Below are positions 16,590-25,769 of a stretch of 32,000 bases of DNA, piece by piece. Source of the DNA: an uncultured Clostridia bacterium. Its GTDB lineage: Bacteria > Bacillota > Clostridia > TANB77 > CAG-508. The position numbers and the translations under genes were made by a program. Location: the NCBI GenBank assembly GCA_934120315.1, contig CAKOTX010000001.1:7850-39849 (forward strand), read 5' to 3'. The notes beneath the pieces are model-generated. The model made no database searches. It was given only the letters and a program-made list of their open reading frames with translations, and was not told where the DNA came from. Each line of letters starts with the position of its first letter. The first letter of the stretch is position 1.

Positions 16590-16775
16590 TTATGCATTTA
16601 GTTTTTCAATGACTTCTTCAACATCTATTCCATGAACTTCACAAGCTTCTTCTAATGTTTCCATTTGAGATGCTGGACATCCTATACAATGCATTCCGCA
16701 GTCAATTAAAATTTCTGCTTTTTCTGGTGCAACTTGTAAAATTTCACCTATTTTTGTATCTTTATTAAATTTCAT
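16590..16775 (-). CDS. DUF1858-type small redox protein (hybrid-cluster-protein-associated disulfide protein family)
   Basis: 61 aa with ...IGEILQ..P...EIL...GMHCIGCPAS..ETLEEAC..HGID, the characteristic CxxC small-protein pattern. Confidence 0.7.
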   Translation of the reverse strand: MKFNKDTKIGEILQVAPEKAEILIDCGMHCIGCPASQMETLEEACEVHGIDVEEVIEKLNA

Positions 16776-16832
16776 TTAAAACCTCCTAAATTTATTGTCA
16801 AAAATATTTTACCACAAATTTTCAAAAAAGTA

Positions 16833-16861
16833 TAGACATTTTTCAAATTTTGTTATATTAT
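16833..16861 (+). promoter_or_regulatory. Sigma-A promoter TAGACA-17 nt-TATTAT heading T4SS block A
   Basis: TAGACA at 16833-16838 and TATTAT at 16856-16861. Confidence 0.5.
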
Positions 16862-16903
16862 GTTTATCGAAAAAGTTCAAATAAGGCGGTGATATTCTTT
16901 TTT

Positions 16904-17056
16904 ATGACATTAAATTCATTAATAAATATCTTTTTTATCTTTTATATTATTAGTGTTTTTATTACTTTATATTCAATTTATACTTTTTTTGATATTAAAT
17001 TATTTCATAATTTACAAGGCTCAAAATTAAAAATAAAACAAAATCAAAATTTATAG
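16904..17056 (+). CDS. 50-aa membrane peptide; leader ORF of T4SS block A
   Basis: An internal ATG at 16904 lies downstream of the predicted transcription start. The ORF-track ATG at 16850 lies inside the promoter. One long hydrophobic segment. The stop TAG (17054-17056) overlaps the AGGAGG SD of the next gene. Confidence 0.35.
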   Translation: MTLNSLINIFFIFYIISVFITLYSIYTFFDIKLFHNLQGSKLKIKQNQNL

Positions 17057-17063
17057 GAGGTTA

Positions 17064-18749
17064 ATTATAAAACGCTTAATTTTTTTAGTTACCACTTTAA
17101 TAATGGTATCTTTTTGCACTTTCCAATTTTTCTTACCTTTATATAAAGCAAAAGAAATCATTGTTTCATTTGGTCTACACCCTTTCGATATTTGTTGCAA
17201 TAATCCTTCTCTTTGGAATTTTCTAAAAATTAGTTTCATATTTTTTTATACATTTTCAAATTTTATTATAATCAATTCACTAATTTTAAGATTTAAACTT
17301 TTTGAAAAATCTTCTCCTAAAAGTTCAATCCAAAATATTTCAACAAAATCAAATTTACAATTGCTTATAGGCAAAAATTTAGAAACAAATCAAAACATTT
17401 ATATCCCAGAAATAGGATTATATCAAAACTTTATAATAACAGGAACAATAGGTACGGGAAAAACAAGTTCAGCAATGTATCCTTTTACTGAACAATTAAT
17501 AAAATTTAATTCTTTAAATCCAGATAAAAAACTAGGAATTTTAATATTAGATGTAAAAGGAAATTATTTCAAGCAAGTTAAAAATTTTGCTTCAAAATAT
17601 CATTTAGAAAAAGATATTATTGAAATAAGCCTTACTTCTCAAATTAGATATAATCCATTGCATAAGCCCAATTTAAACCCTATCGTTTTAGCTAACCGTT
17701 TAAAAACTATTTTATTGTTATTTTCTGAAAATAATTCAGAATCATTTTGGTTAGATAAGGCCGAGCAAATTCTTTCAGAATGTATTAAACTTTGTAGATT
17801 ATACAACAATGGCTATGTCACATTTATTGAATTGCATAAATTAATTACAGAACCAGAATATTATAAAAGTAAAATTGAAATTTTAAGAAATTTATTTTGC
17901 CAGTCAAAATTCACTCATAAAGAAATATATGAATTAAATTCCGCCTTAAACTTTTTCGAAAAAGAATTTAATTCACTAGATCCAAGAACTCTAGCAATAT
18001 TAAAATCTGAAATTTCTCGTATTACTAATATTTTTGTCACAGATTATAATGTTTCAAAAGTTTTTTGTCCACCAAAAAATAAATTAAATTTTAAAGGATT
18101 TAATTCAATGTTGCAAACTGGAAAAATTGTAGTTTTAAATATGAATATTGCAGAATATAAAAATTTATCTAAAATAATTGCAACTTATTTAAAATTAGAT
18201 TTTCAATCAGAAATAATGTACAGACTCTCTCATTCGCAAGTTCGCCCATCTGCATTTATTTGTGATGAATATTCTGAATACGTTACTAAAACAGATGCAG
18301 ATTTCTTTTCACTTAGTCGTGAGGCCAAATGCATTAATATTGTTTCTACTCAAAGTTATTCTTCTTTAAAAAATACCTTAAAAGACGAAACTGCTGTAAG
18401 AGTTATACTTCAAAATTTAATTAATAAATTATGGTTTAGAACTGATGATATTTTTACAATTGAAGAAGTTCAAAAGCAACTTGGTAGAGAAGACAAAAAA
18501 TACCTTTCAAAAAGCATTTCTGAAAATGCGAAAGAAACAAAATTCAGTTATATTACTAATTCTCTAAATTCACAAAATTCTAGTATTACAGAAAGTATTA
18601 ATACTTACACACAAAAAGATTTTATTTTTGACACAAATTATTTTACACAAAACTTAGAAACATTTTCATCATTAGCTTTTTTGTCTGATGGTAACAATAT
18701 TTTAAAACCAACAAAATTGAAAATGTTTCCATATTTTAAGAAAGGATGA
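17064..18749 (+). CDS. VirD4/TraG-type type IV coupling protein (T4CP) ATPase
   Basis: Walker A GTIGTGKTSS, ILILDVKGNY, NPL, Walker B FICDEYSEY, and an STQSYSSL motif. Two N-terminal TM segments. The first canonical ATG is at 17103 and has no SD. The AGGAGG at 17055-17060 is followed in frame by ATT (17064) and ATA (17067), so the start is uncertain. Confidence 0.75.
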   Translation: MIKRLIFLVTTLIMVSFCTFQFFLPLYKAKEIIVSFGLHPFDICCNNPSLWNFLKISFIFFYTFSNFIIINSLILRFKLFEKSSPKSSIQNISTKSNLQLLIGKNLETNQNIYIPEIGLYQNFIITGTIGTGKTSSAMYPFTEQLIKFNSLNPDKKLGILILDVKGNYFKQVKNFASKYHLEKDIIEISLTSQIRYNPLHKPNLNPIVLANRLKTILLLFSENNSESFWLDKAEQILSECIKLCRLYNNGYVTFIELHKLITEPEYYKSKIEILRNLFCQSKFTHKEIYELNSALNFFEKEFNSLDPRTLAILKSEISRITNIFVTDYNVSKVFCPPKNKLNFKGFNSMLQTGKIVVLNMNIAEYKNLSKIIATYLKLDFQSEIMYRLSHSQVRPSAFICDEYSEYVTKTDADFFSLSREAKCINIVSTQSYSSLKNTLKDETAVRVILQNLINKLWFRTDDIFTIEEVQKQLGREDKKYLSKSISENAKETKFSYITNSLNSQNSSITESINTYTQKDFIFDTNYFTQNLETFSSLAFLSDGNNILKPTKLKMFPYFKKG

Positions 18750-18753
18750 TTTT

Positions 18754-19071
18754 ATGAAAAAATTATTATTTACATTTATTTTATCGATTTTTTTATTATT
18801 ATTTTTATCAACAACAGTTTTTGGTGCAACTCCAAAACTAGTAAATAAAATTAATTCTGCTTTTGAAAATATAGAAAGTTGGATTATAAAAATATCAACT
18901 CCTGCAGCTGCTGTTGCAGTTTGTAGTGGTGCACTAATGAGAAAATTTAGTTTTGGAGATGAAGAAAAAATTCGAACTGGAAAAAAACTAATCACAGGCT
19001 CTCTCTTCTCATATGCTTTTATTTTAGCTATTGACCTTGTTTTATCTGCAATACAATCTCTTGTTGGTTAG
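18754..19071 (+). CDS. Maff2 / TrbC-VirB2-like small secreted protein with two TM segments (105 aa)
   Basis: Signal peptide ...TTVFGA, then TM (PAAAVAVCSGAL), a charged loop (GDEEKIRTGKK) and a second TM. This is the same layout as pilin-like Maff2 proteins. It starts 4 nt after the T4CP stop. Confidence 0.55.
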   Translation: MKKLLFTFILSIFLLLFLSTTVFGATPKLVNKINSAFENIESWIIKISTPAAAVAVCSGALMRKFSFGDEEKIRTGKKLITGSLFSYAFILAIDLVLSAIQSLVG

Positions 19072-19079
19072 GAGGTTAA

Positions 19080-19949
19080 ATGGAAAATAATTCAAATATT
19101 ACAACAAATATTATAGAAGCAATTAATACAATTTTAGGAAATTTATTTTCATCAATAGATACAAATATTTATAATATTTTAGATGATGTAACTTTTGTTA
19201 GTTCTGATATTATACATGACTCTTTTTTTGAAAAAATTTTAGGTACTTCTGCTACAAATGGAATTATTCTAATTTCAAATTCATTGCTTTTTGGATTCTT
19301 GCTTTTTTATGCTATAAAATATTTAATGTCACATTTTACATATTCACAAATAGAAAAGCCTCATCAATTTATATTTAAAGCAATTATTTTTGGAATTTGT
19401 ATTAATTGTTCTTATTTTTTAATAGGACAAGTCTTAGATTTAGTTTCTACGATAACACTTGCATTAAGAGGAATTGGTGAAGATTTATTTAATAAAAATA
19501 TTTGTTTTTCTGAACTGATTGTTGAAATAAATAAATCAAATTTATTAGATAAATCTTCTGATATTTTCTCATTAGACGGCATTATTAAAGCTTCACTTTC
19601 TGTTTCCCTATTAAACTTAGTTTTCACATATTCTTTTAGATATGTGATGATTAAAATATTTATTTTAATCACCCCTTTTGCAATTTTATCATTGATTTTA
19701 GAAAATACATCATGGTTCTTTAGAGCATGGATCCGTAATTTATTTTCATTATTATTTATTCAAATTATTGTTTCTATTGTTCTTTTAATATTATTTTCAA
19801 TGGATTACTCTTCTAGTAATTTAATGATAAAATTCATTTATGTTGGAGCTATTTATGCTTTGATAAAAGCAAATTCTTTTGCAAGAGATTTTTTAGGCGG
19901 AGTTTCCACAACTTTTTCTCAAAATGTGGAAAACTTGTTTAAAAAATAA
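19080..19949 (+). CDS. VirB6/TrbL-like polytopic membrane protein (289 aa)
   Basis: About 6 hydrophobic segments. AGGAGG SD 5 nt before the ATG. It sits between the VirB2-like and VirB3-like genes, as in Clostridial conjugation modules. Confidence 0.55.
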   Translation: MENNSNITTNIIEAINTILGNLFSSIDTNIYNILDDVTFVSSDIIHDSFFEKILGTSATNGIILISNSLLFGFLLFYAIKYLMSHFTYSQIEKPHQFIFKAIIFGICINCSYFLIGQVLDLVSTITLALRGIGEDLFNKNICFSELIVEINKSNLLDKSSDIFSLDGIIKASLSVSLLNLVFTYSFRYVMIKIFILITPFAILSLILENTSWFFRAWIRNLFSLLFIQIIVSIVLLILFSMDYSSSNLMIKFIYVGAIYALIKANSFARDFLGGVSTTFSQNVENLFKK

Positions 19950-19962
19950 GATTGGAGGTATT

Positions 19963-20247
19963 ATGAAATTTATTTTTCCACAGAATTATAATTTCAAAAA
20001 TAAACTATTTGGAATTATCGAATATTCTACGGCATTTTTCAATTTAATATGTTATTTAATAACCTTTTTATTTTTACATATTATCTTTAAAAATTGGAGT
20101 ATAAAAATTTTTTTATTAATCTCATTATGTTTTCCACTTACTATTTTCAGCATCATTGGATTTAATGGAGAACCCATTACATATGTCTTTTCATATGTGA
20201 TAAAATTTTTAATACACCCCAAATTATATTTATTTAAAAAATATTAA
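19963..20247 (+). CDS. TcpE/PrgI-family (VirB3-like) small membrane protein (94 aa)
   Basis: TGGAGG SD before the ATG at 19963 (MKFIFPQNYNFKNKLFG...). Two TM segments. The C-terminus NGEPITYVFSYVIKFLIHPKLY resembles the conserved TcpE-family tail. Confidence 0.55.
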   Translation: MKFIFPQNYNFKNKLFGIIEYSTAFFNLICYLITFLFLHIIFKNWSIKIFLLISLCFPLTIFSIIGFNGEPITYVFSYVIKFLIHPKLYLFKKY

Positions 20248-20256
20248 ATTTAAGTC

Positions 20257-20284
20257 TTGATTTTATTTTCTGACATGATATAAT
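20257..20284 (+). promoter_or_regulatory. Sigma-A promoter TTGATT-16 nt-(TGa)TATAAT for dnaD-like/dnaI-like genes
   Basis: TTGATT at 20257-20262, a TG-extended -10, TATAAT at 20279-20284. Confidence 0.6.
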
Positions 20285-20323
20285 TCTACTTAGCTTATCA
20301 AGATTTATGAAGGAGGATAACAA

Positions 20324-21361
20324 ATGAAACTAGAGCAACCAGAATTACCACTATTATTTTCAGAGACAATTGTACCAGACATTTTTTTTGCAGAATATTT
20401 ATCTCAAATGCCTGCCAATAGTGTAAAAGTTTATCTTTATATGATTTTTCTATCAAAATATAATAAAGATATAAAACTAAATGATATGTCTAGAAAACTA
20501 GCTTTACCTTTAAAAGATATAAATGACGCTATTGCTTATTTGGAAAATGAAGAATTAATAACCAAAAAAGAAACTGGTTATATAGTAACAAATTTACAAG
20601 AAAAAACTCTTCATAAATTGTATAAACCAAATTTAACAGCAACACCAGAAAAAGTTGCAGACGTTGCAAAAAATAAAGCTCGTGCTAAAGTTATAGACCA
20701 TATTAATAATGCATATTTTCAAGGAATTATGGGACCATCTTGGTATAATGATATTGACTTATGGTTCACAAAATATAATTTCGATGATCAAGTTATGATT
20801 GCATTATTTGATTATTGTTTTAAACGTTCTGCATTGCACAAAAAATATGTTCAAACAGTTGCTGAAGCCTGGGGAAATAATAGAATACAAACTTGGAACG
20901 ATTTAGATATGTATTATCAAAAGCAAGAAAAATTGGTTAAAATTAAGAAAACTATTGCCAAAAAACTTGGAAAACCTACACTTACTCAATATGAAGAAGC
21001 TTATATCGAAAAATGGGTTATTGATTTTGGATATGACCTTAATATTATCGAAATTGCACTTAAACGTACAACATTTAAATCTAATCCAACATTTGAATAT
21101 TTTAACAATATAATTACAGACTGGCATGATAGAAACTTAAAAACTGCAAATGAAATTCTAGCCTTTATAGAGCAAAGAAATAAACAGAAGAAAGATACTA
21201 AACAATTAGAAAAACAAGTTGCAAAAGCAACTTTTGATCAAAGACAATATGATAATTTAGCATTTTTATATGCAAATTCTGGAATGAATCCAGTTGAACC
21301 TAAAATTTCTGCTGATTCAATATCAGGATTTTCTAACATAGAAGGAGATATTAATGTCTAA
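20324..21361 (+). CDS. DnaD/DnaB_2-domain replication initiation (helicase co-loader) protein
   Basis: N-terminal winged-helix-like segment (VKVYLYMIFLSKYN...LNDMSRKLALPLKDINDAIAYLENEELI) and C-terminal DnaD-repeat-like segments (WFTKYNFDDQVMIALFDYCF..., IEKWVIDFGYDLNIIEIALKR). GAAGGAGG SD. An 8-nt overlap with the next gene. Confidence 0.7.
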   Translation: MKLEQPELPLLFSETIVPDIFFAEYLSQMPANSVKVYLYMIFLSKYNKDIKLNDMSRKLALPLKDINDAIAYLENEELITKKETGYIVTNLQEKTLHKLYKPNLTATPEKVADVAKNKARAKVIDHINNAYFQGIMGPSWYNDIDLWFTKYNFDDQVMIALFDYCFKRSALHKKYVQTVAEAWGNNRIQTWNDLDMYYQKQEKLVKIKKTIAKKLGKPTLTQYEEAYIEKWVIDFGYDLNIIEIALKRTTFKSNPTFEYFNNIITDWHDRNLKTANEILAFIEQRNKQKKDTKQLEKQVAKATFDQRQYDNLAFLYANSGMNPVEPKISADSISGFSNIEGDINV

Positions 21362-22361
21362 CGAAATATTATCTACACTTTTATTAGAATATGATAAAAA
21401 GAAATTAAAAGCTGAGCTAGATTTAGAAAAAAGAAAAGAAGAACTTTACCAAAAAATTCCTAGACTACAAGAAATTGAAACAGAATTAAATAATTTTGCA
21501 ATAGCCACAACAAAAGAAATTTTAAAAGGTTCTTCTACTTCTTTAGCAAATTTAAATCAAAAAGTTTCAGAATTAAAATTAGAAAAAGAAAAAATATTAA
21601 AAGAAAATAATATTAAACCAGATTATTTAGAACCTTATTATGAATGCAATATTTGTAAAGACACTGGATATATTCAATCTGAAAATTCTGCTTCAGTTTT
21701 ATGTTCTTGCTTAAAACAAAAATTATTAGATATATCTTATAATAAATCTAATATTTCAAATTTGGGTAAAGAAAATTTTGAAACATTTAATGTTAATATA
21801 TTTTCAGACAAAATTGAACCTGAAAAATATAGATTAAATATATCACCAAGACAAAATATTATTTCAATAAAAGAAAAATGTATCGAATTTGTTAAAAACT
21901 TTGACAACCCAGATACACACAATTTATTATTTACTGGAAATACTGGTCTTGGAAAAACTTTTATGAGTAATTGCATTGCTAATGAATTAATCAAAAATGG
22001 AAAAAACGTTCTTTATCAAACAGCTCCAGTTTTACTTGAAACTATTATTGATAATAAAATGAACAAATATAAAAATTCAAAACAAGATGATTTTTATAAA
22101 AATGTATTAGAATCTGATTTATTAATTATAGATGATTTAGGCACAGAATGTTTAAATAGTATGAAATTAAGTGAATTATTTACTGTTTTAAATACAAGAT
22201 TATTAAATTTAAATAATCATGTTACAAAAACAATTATTTCTACTAATTTAAATATTAATAATATTTTTAAAAATTATGAAGAACGTATTGGTTCCAGAAT
22301 CGCTGGATTTTATGATATATACTATTTCTTTGGTGATGATTTACGATTTAAACATAAATAA
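21354..22361 (+). CDS. DnaI/DnaC-like AAA+ helicase loader
   Basis: N-terminal zinc-finger-like CNICKDTG...CSC. Walker A GNTGLGKTF and Walker B LLIIDDLG. Translationally coupled to the DnaD-like gene. Confidence 0.8.
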   Translation: MSNEILSTLLLEYDKKKLKAELDLEKRKEELYQKIPRLQEIETELNNFAIATTKEILKGSSTSLANLNQKVSELKLEKEKILKENNIKPDYLEPYYECNICKDTGYIQSENSASVLCSCLKQKLLDISYNKSNISNLGKENFETFNVNIFSDKIEPEKYRLNISPRQNIISIKEKCIEFVKNFDNPDTHNLLFTGNTGLGKTFMSNCIANELIKNGKNVLYQTAPVLLETIIDNKMNKYKNSKQDDFYKNVLESDLLIIDDLGTECLNSMKLSELFTVLNTRLLNLNNHVTKTIISTNLNINNIFKNYEERIGSRIAGFYDIYYFFGDDLRFKHK

Positions 22362-22380
22362 TATATATTTTAATTAGCCA

Positions 22381-22418
22381 AAAAAGCATAAATAAAATTA
22401 TATTTATCTTGCTTTTTT
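22381..22418 (+). terminator. Probable terminator after the dnaI-like gene (imperfect hairpin plus T-run)
   Basis: AAAAAGCATAAATA...TATTTATCTTGCTTTTTT forms a stem with a 3-nt bulge. Confidence 0.4.
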
Positions 22419-22434
22419 ATATAAAATTTTCTAC

Positions 22435-22466
22435 AAAAAAAGAGACCATATAATGATCTCTTTTTT
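22435..22466. terminator. Bidirectional terminator serving gyrA
   Basis: AAAAAAAGAGACCA-TATAA-TGATCTCTTTTTT has one mismatch. It lies 8 nt beyond the gyrA stop. Confidence 0.65.
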
Positions 22467-22473
22467 ATTTATA

Positions 22474-24924
22474 TTAATCTTCTTCTACTTCTGCTATTTC
22501 TGGTGTTAATGTTTCAATACTTACTACTTTTCCACCATCTGTTGTTCTCATTAAAGTAACACCTTGTGTTGGACGACCTAATACGCTAATATCTTTAACT
22601 TTTAATCTTATAATTGTTCCTTTATCTGTTATAAGCATTACATCTTCATCATCAGTAGCAATTCTTGCTCCAACTAGCTTTCCTGTTTTTGGTGTTATTT
22701 TATATGTTACTACACCTTTTCCTCCACGAATTTGTACTCTATATTCATCAAGTTCTGTTCTCTTTCCAAATCCATTTTCAGTTATAGCTAATAGTGTTGC
22801 TTTTCCACCTGAAATAATAGATTCCATTCCAATTACTTCGTCATCTTCATCAAGTCTTATTCCTATAACACCTTGAGAAACTCTACCTATTGGACGTACA
22901 TCTTTTTCATCAAATGTAATACACATACCATTTCTTGTAACAAGAACTACATTGTCTTCACCATCTGTTAATCTAACAGCAATTAATTCATCATCTTCTT
23001 TTAATGTAATTCCTTGTAATCCTGTTTTACGTGCAGAATTGTACTCAGCTAAAGCTGTTTTCTTTATTAATCCTTTCTTTGTAGCCATTAATAAATATTT
23101 TCCTTCTGCAAAGTTTTGGATTGGAATTACTGCAGAAACTTTTTCACCTGCATCTAAGCTTAACAAGTTTACAATTGCTGTTCCCCTAGCAGTTCTACCT
23201 GCTTCTGGAACTTCATAACCTCTTAATTTATATAATTTTCCTTTATTAGTAAAGAATAAAATTGTATCATGTGTTGAAGCTGTAAAGATTTGTTTTACAA
23301 AGTCTTCTTCTCTTGTTGCAATTCCTGTAATTCCTTTTCCACCACGTTTTTGACTTCTATATGTATCTATTGGCATTCTCTTAACATATCCAAAATGTGT
23401 TAAAGCTATTACAGATTGTTCTTCTTTAATTAAATCATCAATATCAATTTCTCCTTCTGCTGCAACAATCTTTGTTTTTCTATCATCTCCAAATTTATCT
23501 CTAATTTCAATAAGTTCTTCTTTAATAATATCAAAAACTAATTTTTCGCTATTTAAAATTGCTCTTAAATGTTCAATTAATTCCATCAACTGTTTATATT
23601 CTTCTTCAATCTTTTCACGTTGTAATCCTGATAATGTTTTTAATCTCATATCAAGAATTGCTTGTGCTTGAATATCAGTTAATCCAAATCTTTTCATTAA
23701 TCTTTCTTTAGCATCATCATATGAACTACGAATAATTGCAATTACTTCATCAATATTATCAATTGCTATTCTTAATCCTTCTAATATATGTGCTCTTGCA
23801 AGTGCTTTATCTAAGTCGAATTGAGTTCTACGTAAAATTACTGTTTTTCTATGATCTATGTAACAATCTAAACATTGTCTTAAAGTTAAAATTTTTGGTT
23901 CATCATTTACTAATGCTAACATTATTACACCAAATGTGTCTTGCATTTGTGTATTTTTATATAATTGGTTTAAAACAACTTGTGGATTAGCATCTCTTTT
24001 TAATTCCATTACAATTCTAACTTTATCTTTTCTATCAGATTCATCACGTAATTCTGAAATTCCTTCAATTCTTTTTTCTCTTGTTAATCTGGCAATATTT
24101 TCAATTAAACGAGCCTTATTTACTTGATATGGTAATGATGAAACAATTATTCTTTGTTTGTTTCCACTCATTTCTTCTATTTCAGCTTCAGCTCTCATTA
24201 TGATTTTACCTTTTCCTGTTTTATAGGCCTCTTTAATTCCTTCTAAACCTAATATTAATCCACCTGTTGGGAAATCTGGTCCTTTTATAATTTTTATTAA
24301 ATCATCATCAGATACATTATCATCATCTATAATTTTTATAATACCATTTATTACTTCTGTTAAATTATGTGGTGGTATATTTGTTGCCATACCTACGGCA
24401 ATACCAGATGAACCATTAACTAATAATGCAGGTACTTTTGCTGGCAATACTTTTGGTTCTTGCAATCTGTCATCATAGTTTGGCATAAAATCTACAGTAT
24501 TTTTTTCAATATCTACTAACATTTGCTCAGCTATTTTTGACATTCTTGCTTCTGTATACCTCATTGCTGCAGCTCCATCACCATCTATAGATCCAAAATT
24601 ACCATGTCCATCAATTAACATATATCTCATTGAGAAGTCTTGTGCCATTCTTACCATTGCGTCATAAACAGATGCATCACCATGTGGATGATATCTTCCT
24701 AATACAGAACCAACTGTATTAGCACATTTCCTGTATGGCTTGTCTGATGTAATTCCATCTTCATGCATTGCATACAAAATTCTTCTATGTACTGGTTTCA
24801 ATCCATCTCTTACGTCAGGTAACGCTCTTGATACAATTACACTCATTGCATAATCTATATAGGCAGTTCTCATCTCTTGTTCAATATCTCTCTGGATTAC
24901 ATTTCCATCTTGTCGTTCTTCCAT
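22474..24924 (-). CDS. gyrA: DNA gyrase subunit A
   Basis: Unmistakable GyrA sequence: AYIDYAMSVIVSRALPDVRDGLKPVHRRILYAM, GRYHPHGDASVYDAMVRMAQDF, and C-terminal beta-pinwheel repeats. Confidence 0.98.
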   Translation of the reverse strand: MEERQDGNVIQRDIEQEMRTAYIDYAMSVIVSRALPDVRDGLKPVHRRILYAMHEDGITSDKPYRKCANTVGSVLGRYHPHGDASVYDAMVRMAQDFSMRYMLIDGHGNFGSIDGDGAAAMRYTEARMSKIAEQMLVDIEKNTVDFMPNYDDRLQEPKVLPAKVPALLVNGSSGIAVGMATNIPPHNLTEVINGIIKIIDDDNVSDDDLIKIIKGPDFPTGGLILGLEGIKEAYKTGKGKIIMRAEAEIEEMSGNKQRIIVSSLPYQVNKARLIENIARLTREKRIEGISELRDESDRKDKVRIVMELKRDANPQVVLNQLYKNTQMQDTFGVIMLALVNDEPKILTLRQCLDCYIDHRKTVILRRTQFDLDKALARAHILEGLRIAIDNIDEVIAIIRSSYDDAKERLMKRFGLTDIQAQAILDMRLKTLSGLQREKIEEEYKQLMELIEHLRAILNSEKLVFDIIKEELIEIRDKFGDDRKTKIVAAEGEIDIDDLIKEEQSVIALTHFGYVKRMPIDTYRSQKRGGKGITGIATREEDFVKQIFTASTHDTILFFTNKGKLYKLRGYEVPEAGRTARGTAIVNLLSLDAGEKVSAVIPIQNFAEGKYLLMATKKGLIKKTALAEYNSARKTGLQGITLKEDDELIAVRLTDGEDNVVLVTRNGMCITFDEKDVRPIGRVSQGVIGIRLDEDDEVIGMESIISGGKATLLAITENGFGKRTELDEYRVQIRGGKGVVTYKITPKTGKLVGARIATDDEDVMLITDKGTIIRLKVKDISVLGRPTQGVTLMRTTDGGKVVSIETLTPEIAEVEED

Positions 24925-24962
24925 AGTTTTCTACCTCTTTCTTTTTTTACTTTTACAGTTGT

Positions 24963-24991
24963 ATTATATTATACTAATCCTTATTTTGCAA
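24963..24991 (-). promoter_or_regulatory. Consensus sigma-A promoter TTGCAA-17 nt-TATAAT dedicated to gyrA
   Basis: Reverse-complement reading gives TTGCAA (24991-24986), a 17-nt spacer, then TATAAT (24968-24963), about 40 nt upstream of the gyrA ATG. Confidence 0.6.
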
Positions 24992-25022
24992 GGCTTTTCG
25001 GCAATTATTTTGTTTTTTTTCC

Positions 25023-25280
25023 TTACTTTTTTATACTATTTATTATGAAATTTATTCCATCTTTAAAACCCTCTTTATAATATAATTCACTAATTATTCC
25101 TAGCTTTATATTCTCTCTTTCTTCCACATTTTCTTCCTTTATATTTTTTATTCTTTTATGATATTCTTCTTGAATATTTTTCTCTACAATTTCTTGTCTT
25201 TTTATATAAATTTCATTTAAAATTTCATCAAACATATTATCACCAAAATTATTATTTACAATTTTAATTTTTTTATTCAT
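25023..25280 (-). CDS. Small charged hypothetical protein (85 aa, or 70 aa from the ATG at 25235), divergent from the XRE regulator
   Basis: ORF track. There is no SD before 25280, but a GGTGA SD lies before the internal ATG (MFDEILNEIY...). Predicted helical and lysine/glutamate-rich. Confidence 0.4.
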   Translation of the reverse strand: MNKKIKIVNNNFGDNMFDEILNEIYIKRQEIVEKNIQEEYHKRIKNIKEENVEERENIKLGIISELYYKEGFKDGINFIINSIKK

Positions 25281-25406
25281 TTAAAATATTCGTTTAAATA
25301 TTATATAATATTCTCGTTATATGTGAGTGTTAAATATACGCTTTTTGCATATTATCTGTTGGTATTTTTCGCTATATAATGTAAAAAAAATTTTTGAGGT
25401 GAGTAT

Positions 25407-25763
25407 ATGCAATTTAATCAAGATGATATTGATATTGGAGAAAGATTAAGAGGAATAAGAGAAGGAATGCAAATGACTAGAGAAGAGTTTTCTGAAAAAA
25501 TAGATATAACAGATTCTTTTTTAGGACAAATTGAAAGAGGCGAACGTTCTTTAAGTGTAAAAACACTAAAAAAAGTTGTAAAATACACCGGTGTTTCTGC
25601 AGATTATTTATTATTTGGAAATAATTCTCAAAATGATACTATTCAAAAAATAAATAATATTTTAACAGTAAATTCTAATAATTTAACCTCTGATTTCATT
25701 TATCATATAGTAATGTGTTCAAATGATTTTTGTAAAAAATTATCAGATGAAAATAAAAATTAA
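25407..25763 (+). CDS. XRE-family helix-turn-helix transcriptional regulator (118 aa)
   Basis: MTREEFSEKIDITDSFLGQIERGERSLSVKTLKKVVKYTGVSADYLLFG is a classic Cro/CI-type HTH. GAGGTGA SD. Confidence 0.85.
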   Translation: MQFNQDDIDIGERLRGIREGMQMTREEFSEKIDITDSFLGQIERGERSLSVKTLKKVVKYTGVSADYLLFGNNSQNDTIQKINNILTVNSNNLTSDFIYHIVMCSNDFCKKLSDENKN

Positions 25764-25769
25764 TATTTT

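Noticed and set aside
17051-17239. Minus-strand 62-aa ORF, and the 18702-18995, 19412-19672, 20903-21127 and 21737-21994 minus-strand ORFs
   Set aside because: They are antisense to well-supported plus-strand genes (T4CP, Maff2-like, VirB6-like, DnaD-like and DnaI-like). They have no SD or motifs.
20324-22361. The DnaD-like and DnaI-like genes as ICE or phage replication cargo of T4SS block A
   Set aside because: They have their own strong promoter. The loader has the zinc-finger N-domain typical of chromosomal DnaI. Clostridia normally keep such a pair in the origin-proximal core genome. A mobile origin cannot be fully excluded without synteny comparison.
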